Shown here: piece after piece, positions 38,964 through 49,297 of the stretch | Layout: the number at the start of each line of letters is the position of its first letter | Position numbering within the stretch: position 1 is the stretch's first letter | The notes under the pieces: model-generated | What the model saw: the letters and a program-made list of their open reading frames with translations, nothing else | Database searches by the model: none | What the model was told of the DNA's origin: nothing | Assembly: GCA_965205505.1 (NCBI GenBank) | Contig: CBDBHB010000006.1 | Span: 352,001-416,000 of the forward strand | DNA length: 64,000 nt | Reading direction: 5' to 3' | DNA from: Acidobacteriota bacterium | Lineage (GTDB): Bacteria > Acidobacteriota > UBA890 > WLXD01 | Program-made: the position numbers and the translations under genes

Positions 38964-40142
38964 ATGAATGCGTTGCTCTGGGAGCTCGACACGTGTTGCT
39001 GGCCGCTGGCGCCCGCCGGGCGTCGCTGGCGCCGGTGGTCGGCGTGTGCCGTGCTTGCCATGACCTGGGCGTGCACCGCCTCTGACACGCCGGATGCGGC
39101 GATTGGCGGCCTCGAGAGGACTATTCCTCCGCTGCCAACGAGCTTCCACCGTGGCATGAACATCGAGCCGATTGGCGGCTACGGCGCTCCGATTGATCTC
39201 CGGGCGTTGCCCGTGAGCCTCGACGCGTTGGTCGAGTTGGGCGTTGACCACGTGGCACTCATACCGAGCTTCTTTCAACCGCGGCTCGGTGTTGTCGAGC
39301 TCACCTGGCGACCCTCGCGCGACCGCGTCGAGTCGGACACGCGGTTGGCAATTCGCCTGGCACACGAACGTGGGCTGGCGGTATTGCTCAAGCCGCACCT
39401 TTGGCTCGACGACCGCTCTGACGGGGCGTGGCGGGGCGACATCGATCCCGACCGGGCGGCATGGCCGGCGTGGGAGCGCGCCTATCGCGACGCGGTGCTG
39501 GGCTTCGCGCGACTCGGCGCGCAAGAGCAGGTCGCGGGCATCTCCATGGGCTCGGAGCTCACGCGTGTAGCCCTGGCACATCCCGACTTCTGGCGTCAGC
39601 TGGCCTCTGACATCCGCGAGGTGTTCTCCGGCGAGCTCACCTATGCGGCGAACTGGGACAGAGAATTCGAGCAGATCGAATGGTGGGACGCAGTCGACCA
39701 CATCGGTGTCGACGCGTTCTGGCCCCTTACCGGCGTTCGCGATGAAGCACTTGACGGCGACAAGTGCCTCGAGCGCCTGGACCGGATCCGTAATCTGATG
39801 GCGACCGTGGCAGCGCGCTACGACCGACCCATTCTACTGACCGAGGTCGGTTATAAGTCGGCACTCGGTGCTGCATACCGCCCCTGGGAGTGGCACGACG
39901 ATCAGGTTGCCGATGTCACCGTTCAGAGCACCGCCTATGCGTGCCTGGCCGAATCACTCGGCGCGGTGGCTGGCGACGTCGGTCTCCGCGGGCCCACCAC
40001 CGAGAAAGCCAGCTGGCTCGTCGGGGTGTACTTCTGGATTTGGCACACCGATCTCGAATGGGGCGGACTCGACAACAGCGACTTCACGCCGCGCGGCAAG
40101 CCGGCTCAGCAAATCCTGCGCACCTGGTTCCAGGCGCGATAG
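38964..40142 (+). CDS. Glycoside hydrolase family 113-like protein
   Basis: GL.VLLKPHLW, WRG.I, MGSEL, TYAANWD, D.IGVDA..PL, LTEVGY, FTPRGKPA; start uncertain. Confidence 0.82.
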   Translation: MNALLWELDTCCWPLAPAGRRWRRWSACAVLAMTWACTASDTPDAAIGGLERTIPPLPTSFHRGMNIEPIGGYGAPIDLRALPVSLDALVELGVDHVALIPSFFQPRLGVVELTWRPSRDRVESDTRLAIRLAHERGLAVLLKPHLWLDDRSDGAWRGDIDPDRAAWPAWERAYRDAVLGFARLGAQEQVAGISMGSELTRVALAHPDFWRQLASDIREVFSGELTYAANWDREFEQIEWWDAVDHIGVDAFWPLTGVRDEALDGDKCLERLDRIRNLMATVAARYDRPILLTEVGYKSALGAAYRPWEWHDDQVADVTVQSTAYACLAESLGAVAGDVGLRGPTTEKASWLVGVYFWIWHTDLEWGGLDNSDFTPRGKPAQQILRTWFQAR

Positions 40143-40177
40143 ACAGGTTCGCTGCGGCTGCGCCGTTGCCTAGTATC

Positions 40178-41836
40178 CTACCGGCGAGGCGGCTCCGGGC
40201 GCCTGCCGTTGAGCCGACTCTCCGCCTCAGTCATTAGCCTGTCGAGGCCGCTCCGCCGGATCGCGCTAACGGCAACCGCATCGTGTCTGGCGACCAATCC
40301 GGTCATCTCCTCGTCGGGCACGAGGTCGGCTTTGTTGAGCACCTTCAGAACCGGTATTCGCAGGGCGTCGAGATCATCCAGCAGGCCGTTGACTGCGTCG
40401 ATCTTGTCATCGATGCGCGGATCGGACGCGTCGATGACGTGCAGCAACAGATCCGCATCGACGAGCTCCTCCAAGGTGGCGCGGAACGCGGTGATGAGGT
40501 CGCCTGGCAGCTCAGCGATAAAACCGACGGTATCGGTGATGATCACCTCGCGCTCACGCGGGAAGCGCAGCCGCCGACTCGTGGGGTCGAGGGTCATGAA
40601 CAGTCGGTCCTCGGTCTCGATGTTCGACGAGGTGAGCGCGTTGAGCAAGGTGCTCTTGCCGGCGTTCGTGTAGCCGACGATCGACAGCACGGGCAGGCCT
40701 TGCTGGCGGCGCCGGCGCCGTCGCACGTCGCGCTGCTTGGAGAGCTGCTCGACTTGTTTCTCCAGGCGCCGGATGCGATCGCGGATGCGGCGACGGCCGA
40801 TTTCCAGCACGGTCTCGCCGGGGCCGCGTCCGCCGATACCGCCGGTGAGGCGCGACAGGCCGGCGTCTTCGTCGGTCAATCGCGGCAGCGAGTAGCGGAG
40901 CTGTGCGAGCTCCACCTGTAACTTGCCGTCACGGCTGCTGGCCCGTTGGGCGAAGATATCGAGGATCAACTGGGTGCGATCGATTGCCTTCATTCCAGTA
41001 GCGTCTTCGAACGCCCGAGCCTGGGCGGGCTTGAGATCGATATCGAAGATCGCCACGTCTGCGTTGCGGCGCATTGCCTCGAGGATGAGCTCCTGTAGCT
41101 TGCCTCGTCCGACGATCGTCTTCGGATGGATGCAGCTTTTTTGCCGCATGGTGCCGGCAACGACGACGCCGGACGAGCGCACTAGCTCCAGCGTCTCCTC
41201 GAAATGTTCGTCTTGCGGCCGCAAACCGATCACCAGGGCGCGCTCTGCGTCTTTGGGCCCACGCGCACTTCCGACGACACGGGCGAACTCCTCCTCGAGC
41301 GCGGCAATCGTGGCAGCGAAGTCGAGGTCGAGCGACTGAACGTTGCGGGCGTGTTGATGGACGAACGGGTCGCCGAGGGGCGCTCCGTCGCCCGGCTCAG
41401 CGAGCGCTGCCGGGTCGAGGTAGGCAGCCTCGATACGGCCGGGTAAGCCATCGGCCTGCACCTCGATCATCGCCACCATATCCAGCCGCAGTAGCGCCAG
41501 GTCGTTCAAGTCGTCGGCGGTAAGCGCCTCACCCCGCAGATGCGTATGTACCAGTCGCAGACCGCGGAAGCGGCCGGCACCGCCCCGCAGCCGGCCGATG
41601 TCGGGCAGCATTAGCTTGTGGGCGTCGCCTACAATCACGTGCCGTACGGCTCCGTTCCGAGCCAGGAGCACGCCGATCTGGCGGCCAAGCTCGCCAGACA
41701 GCTCTGCGAGGTGCTGTGCGAGCTCACCGGAGACCACGGTCTCGGGTGGTACGCGGCGCCGGAAAGTGCGTTCGAGACCCCGCTTCTGCGAGGCCTGCAA
41801 GCCTTGCAGCGCGCCAGTTATCGGTTGCCTGGATAT
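40178..41836 (-). CDS. hflX: GTPase HflX, long form with N-terminal extension; probable ATA start
   Basis: [41 protein letters not shown]; GGAGG 8 nt before in-frame ATA at 41836. Confidence 0.92.
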   Translation of the reverse strand: MSRQPITGALQGLQASQKRGLERTFRRRVPPETVVSGELAQHLAELSGELGRQIGVLLARNGAVRHVIVGDAHKLMLPDIGRLRGGAGRFRGLRLVHTHLRGEALTADDLNDLALLRLDMVAMIEVQADGLPGRIEAAYLDPAALAEPGDGAPLGDPFVHQHARNVQSLDLDFAATIAALEEEFARVVGSARGPKDAERALVIGLRPQDEHFEETLELVRSSGVVVAGTMRQKSCIHPKTIVGRGKLQELILEAMRRNADVAIFDIDLKPAQARAFEDATGMKAIDRTQLILDIFAQRASSRDGKLQVELAQLRYSLPRLTDEDAGLSRLTGGIGGRGPGETVLEIGRRRIRDRIRRLEKQVEQLSKQRDVRRRRRRQQGLPVLSIVGYTNAGKSTLLNALTSSNIETEDRLFMTLDPTSRRLRFPREREVIITDTVGFIAELPGDLITAFRATLEELVDADLLLHVIDASDPRIDDKIDAVNGLLDDLDALRIPVLKVLNKADLVPDEEMTGLVARHDAVAVSAIRRSGLDRLMTEAESRLNGRRPEPPRR

Positions 41837-41859
41837 GAGAAGAGCCTCCGGGTGCGGGA

Positions 41860-43008
41860 TTAGCCGCCCAGCCAGGCGCGCATCAGGTTCGCCACCATGA
41901 AGCCAGTGTAGTTTCCGACCGCGTACCCCAACAGGCCGATGGCAACGCCGGGGAGCAATTGGTCGGTATAGCCGCGAGCCGACGACAAGGCAATCGCCGA
42001 AGCGGGGCCGCCGACGTTGGCCTGCGACGCGACCGCCAACGTTGCGGCATCGATTCCGATCAGTCGGCCGATTCCGAAAATCCCGATACCATGTATGACA
42101 AGCGTCGTGGCGGCAAACCAGAAGACGGCAGGCCCGACGTGAAAAATGTTCGCCAGCACCGATTGCGCGCCGTTGGCGGCGAGGAACAACAGCAGAACGT
42201 AGTTGCCGAGCGGGGCACCCCCAGCCAGCCCCTTGATCCCCGGCACCTGTGCCAGCAACAGCACGATCGTGGTCAACCAGAGAATCTCCGGCAGCACGGG
42301 TACCAGCGCGGCGACCCGCCCAGCGAGCCAGACCGCCCCGACTGCCAGCGTCACCAGCGCCGCCAACTCGGTAATGGCGATCGGCCGAACACTACTCTTG
42401 AGTGCCCGAGCAATGCCCGACGGCTCCTCCTTGCGAATTCCGCTGGCCGCAGTGTCTCGGGTCCGGCTGCCAGGCGACAGCAGCAATGGTGCGACGAGAC
42501 ACGCCGCCATCCACAGAGCGGTGAGCGTTACGTCGGCGGCAATTGCCGCCGAGAAAAGGTCGCTGCTGGTGTCGAAGGCACGCCCCAGCGCTGCGAAGTT
42601 CATTCCTCCGCCCGTGTAGGTGCCGGTGAACTGGCCCGCAAGCTTCCAGCTCTCGGTCCCGACACTGTCGCTCCACAGCAACGCTCCGATGACGGCTCCC
42701 GCCGCGGTGGACGCGGCGCCGATTCCGAAGGCGGCGAGCATGCTCATCCCGGCGTCCGTCAGCGAGCGCAGATCGACATTGATCAGGATTAGCGCGACAG
42801 AGAGGTTGACCCCTTGACTACTCAGCCATTGATAGGTGGGCGAGGTCCCCGGCAGCACGCCGGAATTGGACAGCGCCATGCCGATCAAGATGCCCACCAG
42901 GGCGGCGCCGAGGGCGCGGAAGAAAGCGAACCTCTCCTCCAGCCACAGCGCTAGAAACACCACCGCAGCCAGCACCAGGACCACCGCCACCGGGTCGCGA
43001 ATCACCAC
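41860..43008 (-). CDS. DUF819-family membrane protein
   Basis: [10 protein letters not shown] and [11 protein letters not shown] motifs; ~10 TM. Confidence 0.88.
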   Translation of the reverse strand: MVIRDPVAVVLVLAAVVFLALWLEERFAFFRALGAALVGILIGMALSNSGVLPGTSPTYQWLSSQGVNLSVALILINVDLRSLTDAGMSMLAAFGIGAASTAAGAVIGALLWSDSVGTESWKLAGQFTGTYTGGGMNFAALGRAFDTSSDLFSAAIAADVTLTALWMAACLVAPLLLSPGSRTRDTAASGIRKEEPSGIARALKSSVRPIAITELAALVTLAVGAVWLAGRVAALVPVLPEILWLTTIVLLLAQVPGIKGLAGGAPLGNYVLLLFLAANGAQSVLANIFHVGPAVFWFAATTLVIHGIGIFGIGRLIGIDAATLAVASQANVGGPASAIALSSARGYTDQLLPGVAIGLLGYAVGNYTGFMVANLMRAWLGG

Positions 43009-43014
43009 GGGCTG

Positions 43015-43221
43015 CTAGCGCCCCCTCCGGCTGACCACGAACGCACAAAGGGCGTCCCCCAACGCAACTGCGAGAAGGACGCCCCCGATCAGCTCGTAGT
43101 CGCCCATAAGGAGCAGGGCAACACCGGCTATGAAGAACGCAATCGCCGAGGCGATCAGCACTATGACCACGAGCAAGCCAGATCTATCGTTCCCGCCCGC
43201 TGGCGGATCCGATTCGGCCAC
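43015..43221 (-). CDS. Small two-TM hypothetical protein
   Basis: 68 aa, two hydrophobic helices, co-oriented between HU and DUF819 genes. Confidence 0.6.
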   Translation of the reverse strand: MAESDPPAGGNDRSGLLVVIVLIASAIAFFIAGVALLLMGDYELIGGVLLAVALGDALCAFVVSRRGR

Positions 43222-43237
43222 CCGGTGGTCCCTTCGA

Positions 43238-43567
43238 TCAGCCCATCATCGATGATCCGCCCATCGATGATCCACGGTCGGCGACGCGATCCTTCAGACC
43301 CTTTGCCGCCTTGAACGCTGCCACCGTGGTGGCGGCGATGTGGATCGTCGCTCCGGTGGCCGGGTTGCGGCCAAGACGCGCCTTACGATTGCGGGTTTCG
43401 AAGTTCCCGAAGCCGGCGATCGAGACCTTTCTGCCCGCATCGAGCTCGACGGCGAGGATCCCCTGCCCCGGCTTGGTCGAGAAGATGCAGTCGATGACTT
43501 CCTCGGCTTTGGCCTTGGAAAGGTCGCATTTGCCGGCCAACTTCGCAGCCATATCGGCCTTGGTCAT
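43238..43567 (-). CDS. hup: HU-family DNA-binding protein
   Basis: MTKAD, GFGNFE.R.R..R.GRNPATG..I.I, FKA.K.LK. Confidence 0.92.
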   Translation of the reverse strand: MTKADMAAKLAGKCDLSKAKAEEVIDCIFSTKPGQGILAVELDAGRKVSIAGFGNFETRNRKARLGRNPATGATIHIAATTVAAFKAAKGLKDRVADRGSSMGGSSMMG

Positions 43568-43790
43568 TTCCCCCCCACAGGAAGCAAGTAGTGTTTGATA
43601 GCTCCAGGCTGGACCCTCGAGGTCCAATTGTCGAGCCCGACGCGAGGGTTTTTGCGTTATGCCCCAAGGGGATTTCGGCGACTGAGCGAGGTCGGCGAGG
43701 CGTTCGCGAGGGTTGCACGAACGGGCTGGACCTGCGACTCCGATCCAATTGATTGGACCGGCCGCGATGGAATGCGGAATTTTCAGCGAA

Positions 43791-43808
43791 ATGTTGAATT
43801 TTCAACAT
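43791..43808. promoter_or_regulatory. Palindrome ATGTTGAA-TT-TTCAACAT, candidate operator
   Basis: 8-bp perfect arms in the AT-rich gap between divergent hup and blaI-like genes. Confidence 0.4.
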
Positions 43809-43860
43809 GAACCATGTTAGGTTCGACGACGTTTGTACGCGTATTCAGGAGAGGGACGAA

Positions 43861-44244
43861 GTGAAGAAGCCAGGAACGCTCAGCCGTCGGGAGCGCGAGG
43901 TCATGGACATCCTGCACCGCAGAGGTGAATCGACGGCAGCCGAGGTTCGCGCCGCGATGACGAAGCCGCCGACAGACCCGGCGGTGCGATCAATCCTGAG
44001 GATTCTGGTCGAAAAGAGCCAGGTCGGCTTCGAGCAGCAGGGGCCGCGCTACGTTTACTCACCTACGGTGCCGCGGGAAGCGGCGCGCCGGTCGGCGCTC
44101 GACCACGTCCTGCAGACGTTCTTCGACGGATCCACAGAAGGCGCGTTGGCGGCGCTACTCGAGATTCGCAACGACAGGCTCACCGATGCGGAGCGGCGCA
44201 GCCTGAAGCGTTTGATCGATCGCGCCGCACGCGAGGGGCGCTGA
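43861..44244 (+). CDS. BlaI/MecI/CopY-family repressor
   Basis: LSRREREVMD, R..LRIL.EK, RYVYSP, TFFDGS. Confidence 0.92.
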   Translation: MKKPGTLSRREREVMDILHRRGESTAAEVRAAMTKPPTDPAVRSILRILVEKSQVGFEQQGPRYVYSPTVPREAARRSALDHVLQTFFDGSTEGALAALLEIRNDRLTDAERRSLKRLIDRAAREGR

Positions 44245-44245
44245 A

Positions 44246-46504
44246 ATGGGGCTGCCAGGACCCGAGCTCGGACTGCAGCTGACCGGATCGCTCCTGCTGG
44301 CCGCGACGCTACGCGGAACGGCGCTGGTATCGCTGGCGCTCGTCGCCGCCTTCTTCCTGCGACGTTCCACCGGCGCCGTGCGCCACATTCTGTGGAGCGT
44401 CACCATGGCCGGGCTCCTGGCAATGCCGGTGCTCTCGGGCCTCTTGCCCTCCCTGCCGCTGCCACTACCGACCGTTTTCTCGGCCGAGCCAGAGCGTCTG
44501 CCGGTGGCCGTGTCGCCGCAGCTTGCCGCACCAGGGCCAGCAGCAGTCGAGCCATTGGCCACCGTCCGAGACGCGGCTTCCACCCGTGAACCTGTTGCGC
44601 GTCGTGTCCCATCGCGCTCGGTCGGTGCCAGCGCCGCGATAGCCGTGGTTGGCGTTTGGATTCTCGGTGCGGGCGCCGTGGCGACCGCGTTGATGCTCGG
44701 CTTGCTGCGCGCCTGGCGAACAGCGACGCGTGCTGCGATCGTCCGGGACCCGGCTTGGCGGGCCGAGCTCGAGCAAATTCGCCGCCGGCTCCGTATCCGT
44801 CGTCCGGTGCGCCTGGTGTCGTCGCACGGCATCAGTACACCGCTCACCGGCGGGATCGTCCGACCGGTGGTGTTACTTCCCGAGCAGGCGCGCCACTGGG
44901 ATGCCGTGCGTCGTCGGCTCGTGCTACAGCACGAGCTCGTACACGTACGGCGCCTCGATGCGCTGCGCCAGCTGCTAACTCGCCTTGCGGTGTGTGCATA
45001 CTGGTTCCACCCACTCGTCTGGGTTGCCTCGCGCATGGCGATGCTGGCGCGTGAGCAGACATGCGACGAAGAAATGATCGCCCTCGGCAACCTGCCATCG
45101 GTATACGCCCGTCATCTGCTCGAGCTGTCGGCGGGAGCCCGGTCCCCGGGTGCGGCACTCGCCATGATTGAACGTCCCCACCTGGAGAAACGATTGATGG
45201 CCATTCTCGAACTTCGTCGACGCGGCGCGAGCACAATGCTCGGCGTTGCAACGGGCCTGGGCATGGTGATAGCTGCACTGTCGGTTGCGGCAGCGCAGCC
45301 GCAGGAGGCGGCGCCGTTACCGCCTCTGCCGCCCCGGTCCATTCCGGCGCCCGTTCGGTTGCCCGTCCAGGTTTCGACGCTGGCGCCCTTGTCGGCGCCG
45401 CTGGGCGCGGTTCCGCCGTCCGGCCTCGCGACGCCGATTGCCCCTCCGGCGATCGCCCTTTTGCCGATCGCCCCTCTGCCGATTGCCCCGCCGGCGAAGC
45501 CACAGTTCCCGACGGGGGGTCGCAGCTGCCAGCTGGAGGGTATGCACGGAAACTTCAGTGGCACGTGGAGCACCAGGCGGGACGATACCGGCGCGACGTT
45601 CGTCGAGCGCTTTGGCAACGACAACAGCGATCGCGTGATCCAGAAGCACATCGGTGACCTGCGGCTCTGCATGCGGGTCCATGGCGCTGTGGATCTGGGG
45701 TCCGAGGGTGATCGCATCGGGCCGGTAGGCGAGGGCGGCTGGCTCGTCATGGAGTCGGAGCTCGACGGCGTTGTCAAACGACTCGAGATCGCCTCCGTTG
45801 ACGGCGGCTCGGAAGCCGGCTGGTCCGTCGACGGCCAGGAGCAGGCCTTCGATCAACATGCGCGGGCCTGGCGCGACCAAGTTCTGGGGGTGCTAGCCGA
45901 CTATTGGGAGATCAGCCAGCTACGTGGGCAGGTAAGCAGTCTGCGCGGCCAGATCTCCTCGACGAAAGGGCAGGTCAGCAGCATGCGTGGTCAGATTTCC
46001 TCGGCACGAGGGCACGTGAGCAGTTTGCGCGGTCGCATCTCCAGCCATCGAGGGCGGATTTCGAGCTTGAACGTAGCGACGCACGCCACCCGAGACGAGG
46101 AAACGCAGAGTCGGCTCGCCGAGGAGATCCGTGAGGCTGAGGCCGTGATTCGTGAGATCGAGAGTGAGATCGACGAGTATGACGTGGAGGGAAGGGCTGC
46201 AGAGATCGAGCGCCTGATCGAAGAATTCGACGTTGATTCGAGTGTCGACGAGATCGAGCGCGAGATCGAGAACTACGACCTCGCAGCCAAGGTTGCCGAG
46301 ATCGAGCGCCAAATCGAGGCCTTTGATCTGGAGTCACGGATCGCCGAAATCGAGCAACAGATCGAGGCGCTCGATGTCGATGGCAAAGTGCGGGAGCTCG
46401 AGCAGCGTATCGAGGCGCTCGACGTCAAGCGTCGAGTCGAGCAGATCCAGGCCAGCCTCGAGCCCAAGCTGGCGACACTGCGGCAGCTGGTGCCGGTGTC
46501 CTGA
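44246..46504 (+). CDS. BlaR1-like M56 metallopeptidase with repeat-rich coiled-coil C-terminus
   Basis: HELVHVRR.D, YWFHPLVW, REQTCDE; Pro-rich linker; heptad and 16-aa repeats. Confidence 0.9.
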   Translation: MGLPGPELGLQLTGSLLLAATLRGTALVSLALVAAFFLRRSTGAVRHILWSVTMAGLLAMPVLSGLLPSLPLPLPTVFSAEPERLPVAVSPQLAAPGPAAVEPLATVRDAASTREPVARRVPSRSVGASAAIAVVGVWILGAGAVATALMLGLLRAWRTATRAAIVRDPAWRAELEQIRRRLRIRRPVRLVSSHGISTPLTGGIVRPVVLLPEQARHWDAVRRRLVLQHELVHVRRLDALRQLLTRLAVCAYWFHPLVWVASRMAMLAREQTCDEEMIALGNLPSVYARHLLELSAGARSPGAALAMIERPHLEKRLMAILELRRRGASTMLGVATGLGMVIAALSVAAAQPQEAAPLPPLPPRSIPAPVRLPVQVSTLAPLSAPLGAVPPSGLATPIAPPAIALLPIAPLPIAPPAKPQFPTGGRSCQLEGMHGNFSGTWSTRRDDTGATFVERFGNDNSDRVIQKHIGDLRLCMRVHGAVDLGSEGDRIGPVGEGGWLVMESELDGVVKRLEIASVDGGSEAGWSVDGQEQAFDQHARAWRDQVLGVLADYWEISQLRGQVSSLRGQISSTKGQVSSMRGQISSARGHVSSLRGRISSHRGRISSLNVATHATRDEETQSRLAEEIREAEAVIREIESEIDEYDVEGRAAEIERLIEEFDVDSSVDEIEREIENYDLAAKVAEIERQIEAFDLESRIAEIEQQIEALDVDGKVRELEQRIEALDVKRRVEQIQASLEPKLATLRQLVPVS

Positions 46505-46513
46505 CTCAGCACA

Positions 46514-46914
46514 CTATCGTCGCGGCGGCGGCGGCCCGCCGGGCGGTCGGGGCGGCGGACGGCGGACGGCGCGCGAAGCTCTCCAAACGCTGGCGCTGCT
46601 CGCCGTCCAAGTGCTCGCTGAGCTCGGCGATCATCGCGTAGAGCGCGGCGCGAAGCTCGTCGCGGGATCCACGGTCGATCTGCTGGTTGCGTTCGGCAGT
46701 TGCCTCCAGAATCGGGTGGATCGCTTGCCGCTGCTGTTCGTCTCGCGGACCTATGATGCGCTCCAAAGTGACGTACGAAACCTTGTCTGTCGCCAAGACC
46801 CTGGATCATCCCGAAGCGGAATTGCTGTAGGGCGCCGCCGAGGAACACGCCGAGCACAACGCCAATCGCCAACGTAATGCCGAGCAGCAGGGACGAGCGG
46901 GTACTGGGCCTCAC
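46514..46914 (-). pseudogene. Frameshifted membrane-anchored helical protein (Spy/CpxP-like), third gene of the ECF operon
   Basis: +1 base at 46765-46767 and tandem GGCGGAC at 46554-46567; removing both gives a 130-aa ORF. Confidence 0.65.
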
Positions 46915-47154
46915 AGCGAATCGCCAACGCTGACGTCGGGTAGCTTGTCAGCCAACTGGTAGGCGGCCTCGATCGAAACAGGCTCGAGGCCCAGAGCCGC
47001 CTCCATGAGAGATTGGCCCTCCACGGGCTCTGTCCACAGCACGCTGTAGCCGACCAGCAAGAGCGTGACAGCTGCCGCCGCCGCCGCAAGTCGCCAAAAC
47101 TGTTGCAAGAGCACCAAGCCGCTCGGTTTCGGTTTTCGGTGCTCGCTCAGTCAT
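46911..47154 (-). pseudogene. Frameshifted putative anti-sigma membrane protein
   Basis: ATG overlaps sigma stop; TM-coding part is in a different frame. Confidence 0.6.
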
Positions 47155-47747
47155 CCGACTCGGCCGCCCATGGTCGGAGCATCGGCTTCAGCGTCTTCAT
47201 GGCCCGGGACAGACGCGACATGATGGTCCCCTGCGGAACCCCGAGAAGCTCCGCCGTCTCGCGGGTCGAGTAGCCTTCGATCATACGCAGAACCACGATC
47301 GCCCGATGATCGGCTCCGAGTGAGCGGATCGCGGCATGCACCGCCCCGACTACATCGCCGCTCGACACGGCGCGCTCGCCACTCACGGCCGACTCGGCCA
47401 GAGGAGTCTCATCGGCGGAACGGTCACGGCTGACGAATCGGTCGAGCAGCCTGCGTCGGCGTTTTTAGCGCGTTGAGTGACTGATTGATGGCGATGCGGG
47501 TCAGGTAGGTCTTCACTGCCGCCTCGCCGCGGAACCTGGAGAGCGATCTATAGAAGCGCACGAAGACCTCCTGGCCGACGTCGCCGGCGCCGTGGCCCAG
47601 CATGCCGATTACCGTTGCTGCCACCGCTCCCTCGTAGCGCTCCACCAGTATCCTGAACGCCTGTTCGTCGCCGCTCTGTGCCCGGTCGACCAGGCTCCGA
47701 TCATCTTCATCGGAGGCTGGAGTTGAATCGCGCACAGGAGTCTCCAT
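47147..47747 (-). pseudogene. ECF RNA polymerase sigma factor, frameshifted
   Basis: Region 2 (DVGQEVF, FRGEA..KTYL.RIAIN) and region 4 (LR.IEGYS..E.AELLGVP.GT.MSRL.RA) are in different frames; A5 run at 47462-47466. Confidence 0.88.
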
Positions 47748-47985
47748 GACCGTCGCTTATTAGACAGTCCAGTCAACGGTCTCATTCCATCTGTCGTCAC
47801 CGGAATCGACACTTGCGTCCGGAGACCCAGCGGCTGGGCGCGTTTCGCATCTTGATGTCGCCGTGGGAGGCTGCCCGTTGGGTCACCAGGCCTGTGAACG
47901 ACAGGCTAGACTCCTCGACTGGCGGCCTCACCGTCGGCGGAGCTCTGACGACGGTGAGCGCCATCGGGTGCCACAGGGGGGCGCG

Positions 47986-49230
47986 ATGCGTCGGGCGACT
48001 TCAACGGTGGGAGCCGTACTTGTAGCGGTGCTGATGGCCGCGCCTGTCGGATGTGGCTCAATTCGAGGTGAGTCTTCGAGCTTGCCGCCAACGCTGATCT
48101 TGATCTCGATGGACGGCTTCCGCTCCGACTATATCGAGCGGGTCGAGACACCGCACCTGGATCGCGTAATCGCCGGCGGGGTGCGTGCTGAGGGGCTGAT
48201 CCCGCCGTTCCCGAGCAAGACCTTCCCAGGCCACTACACGTTGGTGACCGGCCTCTATCCAGGTCACCACGGAATCATCTCCAACAACATGCGCGATCCG
48301 GGGTGGCCAGAGGAGTTCGGTTTGAACCGGCGGCGCGAGGTGGAGAACGGTCGTTGGTGGGGCGGCGAGCCGATTTGGGTGGCCGCACAGCGTCAAGGAC
48401 TCCGGTCGGCCGTCTACTTTTGGCCGGGATCCGAGGCGGCTGTGCAGGGGGTACGTCCGACTCACTGGTACAAGTTCGACGCCAGCGTTCCGTTCGAGGC
48501 ACGCGTCGACCAGGTCCTCGAGTGGATCGATCTTCCCGCCAACGAGCGCCCGTCGCTCATCGCGCTGTACTTGGGAGAGCCCAACGACAGCGGCCATCGC
48601 TTCGGCCCGTTGGCCGACGAGACGATGGCGGCGATTCGTCGTGTCGATGCGACCGTTGGACGTTTGCTCGACGGTCTCGACGAACGTCACATACGGCAGT
48701 CGACCAATATCGTCTTGGTCGCCGACCATGGCATGGCGCAGATGGACTCCGAACGAGTGATATTGGTCGATGACCTCGTCGATCTCGAACCCGACGAGGT
48801 TTTCGAGCAAGGTGCGCTGCTGCAGGTGTTTCCGCGCCCCGGTCGCGAAGATCTGATCTATGATGCGCTGGCTGGTGCCCATCCGAACCTGCACGTCTAT
48901 CGTCGCGACGAACTGCCAGCGCGGCTGCGCCTATACGACCACCCGCGACTGCCGCCGATACTGGCGACACCGGATGTGGGATGGGAAGTTCTCACACGCT
49001 CGCGGCGCGCCGAGTGGGGCAACAGAATGATCGCTGGCGATCACGGCCAGGACCCGACGCATCCGGACATGCAGGCGATCTTCGTCGCCGCCGGGCCGGC
49101 GTTCGCCAGCGGCGTCATCGTGCCACCAATCGAGGCGGTCGACGTCTACGGCCTGCTCGCCGCCGCGCTCGGTATCCGGGTGCCCGACAACGACGGCAAC
49201 CCGGCTCGCACCTCCAGCATCCTGCGCTAA
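47986..49230 (+). CDS. Ectonucleotide pyrophosphatase/phosphodiesterase (NPP) lipoprotein
   Basis: ISMDGFR, PSKTFP.H.TLVTGLYP..HGI, WWGGEPIW, D..GH, ADHGM, GDHG. Confidence 0.92.
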   Translation: MRRATSTVGAVLVAVLMAAPVGCGSIRGESSSLPPTLILISMDGFRSDYIERVETPHLDRVIAGGVRAEGLIPPFPSKTFPGHYTLVTGLYPGHHGIISNNMRDPGWPEEFGLNRRREVENGRWWGGEPIWVAAQRQGLRSAVYFWPGSEAAVQGVRPTHWYKFDASVPFEARVDQVLEWIDLPANERPSLIALYLGEPNDSGHRFGPLADETMAAIRRVDATVGRLLDGLDERHIRQSTNIVLVADHGMAQMDSERVILVDDLVDLEPDEVFEQGALLQVFPRPGREDLIYDALAGAHPNLHVYRRDELPARLRLYDHPRLPPILATPDVGWEVLTRSRRAEWGNRMIAGDHGQDPTHPDMQAIFVAAGPAFASGVIVPPIEAVDVYGLLAAALGIRVPDNDGNPARTSSILR

Positions 49231-49297
49231 CCAGTCGCGCGGGCCTTCGGGCGTCGGCTCGGGATAGAACAGGGCATCTTCCTCCGGTCGGGTAGTC

